A model generated the notes under the pieces. The model worked only from the letters and a program-made list of their open reading frames with translations. It was not told where the DNA came from and ran no database searches. Positions 28,937-34,697 of a stretch of DNA of 34,697 nt are shown here, piece by piece. Both the position numbers and the translations under genes were made by a program. The stretch is from Prasinococcaceae sp. CCMP 1430 (taxonomy: Eukaryota; Plantae; Prasinodermophyta), in contig RQSC01000016.1 of NCBI GenBank assembly GCA_013416795.1, positions 244,740-279,436 of the forward strand, in the 5' to 3' direction. The first letter of the stretch is position 1, and each line of letters starts with the position of its first letter.

Positions 28937-30436
28937 TCAACGGTCGTATCTGGCACGCCCACCGCGGTAGCCACGCCCACCCCCACCCCTTCGTCCGCCG
29001 CGCCCGCCACGACCACGCCCACCACCGCCGCCGCCCTTCTGCTCGACAAGAATACGCCAGTGCGGCACGCGACCAATGCCACGGCGCCCGCGCCGTCAGC
29101 GAAGGGCTTCCTCATCCTGCGCTGAGGCGGGCGAGCACGGATGCACACGCGCGCGACCGCGCGCGCGCCGCACCTTGGGAAGGTAGTCCTCCACCTTGAT
29201 GTTGCGGATGTGCTCTGGACGCTTGTCGGGCTCGAGGAAGTACGGAAAGCTCGTGGTGTTCAGGCCCTTCAGGAAGAGGGCCACGGTGCCCTCGAGCACT
29301 TCGGTACGCGCCATGTGCGGGTACATGTGTTTGAGCTTGAAGGCGTCGGTTTGGTCTCGGTAGTCAGTCATTGAGAGCTCCCCACTGTCGTGGTGCCCTT
29401 GTCCCCACTTGTCATTGTACGCCTTAAAGACGCACTCGTGCAGGAACAATCCTAGCTCGGGTGCGAGCGGCGTGTTGATGGGCACCGGCGAGCTCAGTGC
29501 CTCTTTCATGTAGTTTTCGCAGGCCGAGCCGCGCACGGTGGCCAGCATGGCACCAATCATCTTGCGAATTTGGTTGAGCATGAAGGACTGACCCAGGACG
29601 GTGCAGCGCACCAAGCGCACGCCGCACACCTCGAAGGGCTCCGAGACGTCGAAACGCACCATGTAGCGCTTGGCGTTTGAGTCGGTGTACTTGACACGTG
29701 CGGCGAAGTTGTGGAAATTGTGCGTGCCCAAGTACTGCGAGAGCGTATCCTTGACGCGCTGGCGCACATCCTCGGTCCATTCCCAACCGCCCGCGGACTC
29801 CTCCTTGCGTAGCTCCTCCAGCTTGGCAGCATACCGTTCTTCCTCAGTCTTCCCATCGAATTCGTCCCCCTCCTGTTGCCGCGCCTGCTCCTCGCCCAAT
29901 GCGCTCTTCCTGGCCTCGAATGCCGCCACGCGCTCCTCACGCGAGAGCTTGGCGCACGCGTGCGGGTTGAAGGCGAACACCGGCAGCACGTACTCATACA
30001 GGCGGCGGTCGCATTGCTGCTTGGCGTTAAAGCCATTCGTCACTCGACGGATACCCAGCACACGCACGGTGTCGGGCAGCTTCGCGTTGATGCGCTCTCG
30101 AAGCGCGTCCATGGTAGCGCCCGCTTCCATCTGCATGCGCAGGGCCACCACCTGCCCCACGGCGCTTACGCCCTTGTCCGTGCGCGCTGCGCGCGACCAC
30201 TGGACCTTGGCGGGGTCGCCGAAGTTCGAGTCAGAGATGACGCCTGCCTCGTGGAACGCGCGCTCGAGCTCAGACTCGATGGTCTTCTGCCCGGGGTTCC
30301 GCTGCATGCCAGCGTAGCCCAGCCCGACGTACGCGATGAACACGGCCACCTTACGCTTGGGCGCCTTTGCGGGTGCGTCTGTGTCGCCGTCCGCGGCCTC
30401 GTCGCCGCCCGCGGCGCCGCCCGCGGCGCCGCCCGC
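28937..30436 (-). CDS. PUS1: tRNA pseudouridine synthase, TruA/PUS1 type (5' partial; exons 30436-29174, 29038-28937)
   Basis: KRKVAVFIAYVG.GY.GMQ, RAARTDKGVSA (catalytic Asp), YEYVLP, YLGTHNFHNF, GQSFMLNQIRKMIG and APELGL. The intron AAG|GTGCGG..CTGAC..CAG leads to an RGG-rich last exon. Confidence 0.92.
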
Positions 30437-30439
30437 GNG

Positions 30440-30532
30440 CCCGGTTTCATCACCTCCAACCTCGTGGGCAAGGCCGCCGACGGCTCCCTCATCAAGGAGT
30501 TCTCGCCAACCGCGCTGCGCCGCCACCCGCGC
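30440..30532 (+). other. Orphan coding fragment PGFITSNLVGKAADGSLIKEFSPTALRRHPR
   Basis: 29 of 31 codons end in G/C. It starts at the N at 30438 and ends at GTGCGC/(GC)n. PGFIT weakly resembles the SDR-family PG.I.T motif. Confidence 0.4.
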
Positions 30533-30714
30533 GTGCGCGCGCGCAAGAGAGAGAGAGAAAGAAGGGTGGAGGACGGAGGAGGGAGTGGAGTGCGGGGTGG
30601 AGGGAGTGCGTTGGCGGCGGCTGCAGGCCCGGGGCCGCGGCGCAAAGCCGCGGTGGGCGGGCGCCGCTCCCCTGGCGCCAGCACCGGCCGAGGCACACGC
30701 GGCAGCACTCGTTC

Positions 30715-31530
30715 ATGGATGCTGTTCCCCCGCCGCCCACGGTGAACTTCGGCGCGGCGGGCATCTGCGCCGTCCCCCTGCCTCCGGCCCTCGCGCCTGA
30801 GCCGAGGGCCGGTACGCTCGAGGATCAAGGGGCGGAGGTCCCGCCTCCCGGCTGTCCTTCTGCCGACGGCGGCGACACCAACTACGAGCATGTGCCGCGT
30901 GCGCAGCTCGTCGCCGACGCCGTGCGCAAGCGCGGCGCGGCGCTCGCATCGGCATCAGCCCCGAGGGACCGCCGCGCGGTCGCGCTGGAGCTGTGCGAGG
31001 AGGCGGAAGTCGGGGCAAGACGCGAGGGGCTGTGGATAGACGACGGCAACGAGTCGCTCATGGACGTGATCATGGCTGTTGTGGACGGCCTCGAGACGCT
31101 GGACAAGCGCAGGGGCGGCGCCAGCGGCGGTGGCCCCGTGGCAAAGGCGTCTGCCGCGAAGCGAGCTTCCACGCACGCCAAGACCGGGCGAAAACGAGCC
31201 CGCATCAAGCAGTCAGACTGGACCATTGAGAACTACCACTCGACGTGGGAGCGGGCGCGGGAGGCGGCGGACGCGCTCGCCAACGCAGAGGGCCTCCTGT
31301 CGCTGGGCGGCACGAGCACGCCGCCGGCGGCGCGCGCGATGAAGGGGTCCCTCAAGCGCAAATACAGGAAGTACAACGAATGCACGTTTTGCGGCCCCAA
31401 GCGCGCGCACCTGTGCACGCGAGCAATCGCCGCCGAGGAGCGCCGCGCATCCGAGGACGCCGAGTGGACGTTCGTGGTGCTGACATACGGCGAGCACGCC
31501 CCGCTGTCGGCGGCCGGCGACGCGGTCTGA
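30715..31530 (+). CDS. Hypothetical protein with a degenerate WRKY-like zinc-finger C-terminus
   Basis: Open frame with coding-like codon usage and a basic NLS-like KTGRKRAR. The C-terminus is MKGS....RKYNECTFC......C...EERR.SED....VVLTYGEH. Confidence 0.6.
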   Translation: MDAVPPPPTVNFGAAGICAVPLPPALAPEPRAGTLEDQGAEVPPPGCPSADGGDTNYEHVPRAQLVADAVRKRGAALASASAPRDRRAVALELCEEAEVGARREGLWIDDGNESLMDVIMAVVDGLETLDKRRGGASGGGPVAKASAAKRASTHAKTGRKRARIKQSDWTIENYHSTWERAREAADALANAEGLLSLGGTSTPPAARAMKGSLKRKYRKYNECTFCGPKRAHLCTRAIAAEERRASEDAEWTFVVLTYGEHAPLSAAGDAV

Positions 31531-31720
31531 TTCGTCCACTGCCGCGTGTGCATGTGCGTGTGTGGTGGTGGTGGTGATGGTGGTGGTGGGGTGTCCGGGG
31601 CAGCGCGTGGCCGGCATCGCAGGCCTCCTGCGCGCGCGCCACGACAGCTGCCGGGCCCACCCCGCGCGCTCGCCTTCCCCTGGCTTCATGCACGCCCTCT
31701 TATTAATGAACTGGACAACA

Positions 31721-32980
31721 CTACCCTCCGGCCTGCCCGCTCGCCTGGAAGGCGCGGGCCCGGGCGACCGCCCGCCGCCCTGCGAGGAAGCGCGCGACGT
31801 TCCTGTACCTGCGCGGACGCACGCGCCGCAGCGGCGCGCCCTCCTCGCCGCCCCCCTCCTCTGCGCCCCACCCGAACTCCTTCGCCCCTTCCTCTGTGGC
31901 GTCATCGACGCTGAATGTGTACCTGAACTCGTTGGTGGTGTGCCCCTCGCCTGTTCGCGGGTTGACGACCTCGGCGCTGACGGCAACAGCCATCGAGTTG
32001 CCCTCGACGTACGTGACCAGGGCACTCGTGCGCAGGATGGCGCCGATGGGCACCGGGTGCGTGAAGGTGATTTCATCGACGTGCCGCAGCACGGGCGGGC
32101 GCAGCGCGTGCAAGTGCCCGGTGCACCACGCGAGCTCGAAGGACTTGCGCATGAGCCAGCCGCCGAAGAGCTGGCCGTGACTGTTGCGGTCCTGCCCGTG
32201 CACCACCTGTACATTCTCACACAGCGTGTTCTCGATATCCGTCCAGTGCCCGGGGATGCCGGCGTCCACGCCATCCTGCTGCTCGACGGGCGATGCCGAC
32301 GCATGCACGAACGCAATCTCCTCGGCGGTGGGGGTTCCCCGCTCGCCCCGTTCCGCCTTGTACTGTCGATAGAGACGCTGCCCTTGCACGAGCAGCGCGC
32401 GCTCGTTGCTGCTCTCGGCGACCAGTGCGGGCACGCGCGGGGGCGGCGGCGCGACCTCACGGCCGCTGTGGTCCGCCGCCTCCGCCGGGCGCCGCACGAA
32501 CACGAAGCGCGCGCCGCCGACGCGCCGCGCAACCTCCCCATCGCTCCCGTCCTCGGGCGCGCGCACCGAATGCAACTCGAGTAGCACGTCCATGCTCGTG
32601 AGGCCCGCGCGGCACACCGCGCCGCGCAGCACGAGGTCGTCGCGCACGGTGGGCACGCCAGCGAGGCCGGGCCGGACTGCCTGGCCCGCCTCCTCCTTCT
32701 CTTGTCCCTGCTGCCGTTCGTGGGCGCGCTCGGAGACGCCCCACTCGATGTTGTCGACGGTGGCCGTCACTACATTGGCCGTCGGGTCGCCCGTGTGCCT
32801 CACGGCGATGTCAGCCGCGAACGTGTCCATCACCTCCATGACCGGGCCCACGCGCATGGCGTCGGTGCGGAATGCGCGGAACGCGTCGCGCAGCGCGGCG
32901 TCCGAGCTGAATGGCAGGCGCAGCTCGAGCCAGCTGCGCGAGGGCGGCACAGCATCCAGCCTCTGCGAGTACGTCTCCAT
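31721..32980 (-). CDS. Double HotDog-fold acyl-CoA thioesterase (ACOT9-like)
   Basis: SWLELRLPFSSD...RVGPVMEVMD.FA...VTATVD, GLTSMDV, QDRNSHGQLFGGWLMRKSFELAW and FTHPVPIGAIL. Confidence 0.9.
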   Translation of the reverse strand: METYSQRLDAVPPSRSWLELRLPFSSDAALRDAFRAFRTDAMRVGPVMEVMDTFAADIAVRHTGDPTANVVTATVDNIEWGVSERAHERQQGQEKEEAGQAVRPGLAGVPTVRDDLVLRGAVCRAGLTSMDVLLELHSVRAPEDGSDGEVARRVGGARFVFVRRPAEAADHSGREVAPPPPRVPALVAESSNERALLVQGQRLYRQYKAERGERGTPTAEEIAFVHASASPVEQQDGVDAGIPGHWTDIENTLCENVQVVHGQDRNSHGQLFGGWLMRKSFELAWCTGHLHALRPPVLRHVDEITFTHPVPIGAILRTSALVTYVEGNSMAVAVSAEVVNPRTGEGHTTNEFRYTFSVDDATEEGAKEFGWGAEEGGGEEGAPLRRVRPRRYRNVARFLAGRRAVARARAFQASGQAGG

Positions 32981-33169
32981 GTCGACAGGCACCCTCGCGG
33001 GTTGCCGCGCGCCGAGCCGCGCCCACCCCACCTACGCAGACCTCGCCTGCGGCACGTCCAACCGTTTTTTTAACTACCGCGGCAGCTCGAAGGACGGCGC
33101 GCTCCGGGGCGACGCGCGCGCCCTTGTGCGCGCGCTTGCGCGCACGCATGTATTCGACGCGCGCCCCGC

Positions 33170-34696
33170 CTACGTCGCGGCGACGCCGCGCTTCGCCTCG
33201 ATCCACCTCGTGATGGCCGCCAGCTCGTAGCGTCGCGCCTCGACGGCGTCGGGGGGGTCCCTCTTGTGGGCGAACATGAGATCCAAGTGGTGCGCTCCGT
33301 TCGGCAGGACCACGGCCGTCACGTCGCGCGCGAGGCTCACATTCTTCGTCACGCCGCCGGCCGACCAGGGATCCAGCTCGCCGTTGCTGAACACGATGTT
33401 GGAGGCGCGGCTGAGGTCGCTCCCCCACCACGTCGTCGCCGCCCAGAGCGGCCGCGGCGTCACCCCCCACTGCGCCTGACACGACGCGAACGCCGCTGTC
33501 TGATTGTACGCGGACAGTGGGTAGAACATATCGGCCGCGGTGCCCTGCGTGAACGGCTGGTGCATCTCCGTGCACCACTGCCAATCCCAATTGCCGACAC
33601 ACGTGTCATCGCGGACGTCGGCGACGCTGGCGGCCGGCGCGTTGAAGAAGCAGCCCTCGCCTCCTGTGTTGTTGTAGTACACAGCGACGGCGGCGCGCAG
33701 CGCCTCGAAGAGGGGGGCGTCTTCGCCGGACGCGAGCGCCGGGTCGCGCAGCGGCTCGCACGCGGCTCGCACGGGCCACGCTGGCAGCAATGAGAGCCCG
33801 TGCATCAGGTAGGTCGACGGGTATGGGAAATTGCCCATGGCCAGCGTCGCCCAGGGAGCCTGCGCCCACGAGTTGAGCGCCGCGGCGGCCGCCGCGTCGC
33901 GCAGCGGCGCGCATGTGCGGAAGGCCTCCGCCAGGAGCGCGCGCCCCGCGGCGGTCTGACCCGCCTTGAGGATGCGCCGAAAGGCTTCCTTGGCGTTCGC
34001 CGCGCACGACGGCGCGGCGCCACCGGCAGCCTGCGCGTCGCGCGTCACCACCCTCATGAAGCCGTCGGCGTCGTACGCCGGCGTCAGCCCGAAGAAGCTC
34101 CAGATGGGCGCGCTCGCGCTTATGACGCCGTCCACCAAGTGCGGGAACTTCAAGCGAAACCACGCTGCCATCATGCCGCCGTAAGACCCGCCGAAGCCCA
34201 CCACCGGCGTCACGCCGCGCCTTGCGCCTGGCAGCACGCTGTCCAGGCTCATAAGCACCGTCGCAAAGTCCGCCAGCGCCTGGTCGGTGGTGAGGTAGTT
34301 CAGGCACGACGGGTTGCGCGGCAGCGTGCCATTGGGCTCGGCGGGCGGCACCGTGCTCTCGCCGTAGTACCTGTGCTCCACGAACAGCAGCGCCGCACCC
34401 AGCCGGTCTGCGTTCTCCCACATGAGGCCCGTGTGGTTGACGTAGAGCTCAACGTTGTCCTCATTGCCGAAGTAGAACAGCACGGGCCGCTGCGCGGGCG
34501 GCAGCGGCGACGCCTTCCAGCTCTTGACGCACAGGAAGTACCGCTGCCGAAAGCGGGGGGCCAGCGCGCCGCCCGCGGGCGGCGCGAACCCGAAGTGGTC
34601 GGTCGTCTGCGCGAACCAGCGCTCCTCGCACGACGACACATCTGCCAGCTGGTGCGCGGGCGCGCGCGGCGGCGCTCCGCCGCCCGCCGCGGCGAG
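33170..34696 (-). CDS. PRCP: Serine peptidase S28, lysosomal Pro-X carboxypeptidase-like (5' partial, runs off the window)
   Basis: QTTDHF..FRQRY, EHRYYGES, nucleophile GGSYGG, ASAPI, NGELDPW and GAHHLDL. The frame is open to the window edge. Confidence 0.93.
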   Translation of the reverse strand, partial: LAAAGGGAPPRAPAHQLADVSSCEERWFAQTTDHFGFAPPAGGALAPRFRQRYFLCVKSWKASPLPPAQRPVLFYFGNEDNVELYVNHTGLMWENADRLGAALLFVEHRYYGESTVPPAEPNGTLPRNPSCLNYLTTDQALADFATVLMSLDSVLPGARRGVTPVVGFGGSYGGMMAAWFRLKFPHLVDGVISASAPIWSFFGLTPAYDADGFMRVVTRDAQAAGGAAPSCAANAKEAFRRILKAGQTAAGRALLAEAFRTCAPLRDAAAAAALNSWAQAPWATLAMGNFPYPSTYLMHGLSLLPAWPVRAACEPLRDPALASGEDAPLFEALRAAVAVYYNNTGGEGCFFNAPAASVADVRDDTCVGNWDWQWCTEMHQPFTQGTAADMFYPLSAYNQTAAFASCQAQWGVTPRPLWAATTWWGSDLSRASNIVFSNGELDPWSAGGVTKNVSLARDVTAVVLPNGAHHLDLMFAHKRDPPDAVEARRYELAAITRWIEAKRGVAAT

Positions 34697-34697
34697 C

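Noticed and set aside
28814-29125. Plus-strand Thr/Pro-rich 103-aa ORF
   Set aside because: It is explained as the antisense of the PUS1 RGG exon and intron.

Overview
This is a eukaryotic, very GC-rich, gene-dense nuclear scaffold that looks like a green alga. Introns are short with GTGCG(T/C) donors and CTGAC branch points, and TGTAA/TGTAC motifs follow many stops. There are five assembly gaps (10867-10877, 12771-12819, 19380, 24084-24590, 30438). About 19 genes are supported: RPT1, UMP1, a 2-TM protein, acetylornithine aminotransferase, a small coiled-coil ORF, ERCC1, RPP0, PPD4, a bacterial-type fused PutA, a RING-H2 ligase, a MEF2-type MADS factor, SAS10, a Tudor-Tudor-UBA protein, a C2H2 membrane protein, a histidine phosphatase, a PUS1-like synthase, a WRKY-like ORF, an acyl-CoA thioesterase and a peptidase S28. 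Three orphan gene fragments (malic enzyme, mitochondrial uL4, an SDR-like piece) each end at a (GC)n tract. The strongest leads are the fused PutA (HGT candidate), a spliced 400-aa protein with PAC/ENaC/P2X-like channel topology, a degenerate WRKY-like finger, an N-terminally extended MADS box and an inverted/tandem repeat element at 18.4-19.1 kb. All family assignments come from recognised motifs; no database searches were run.
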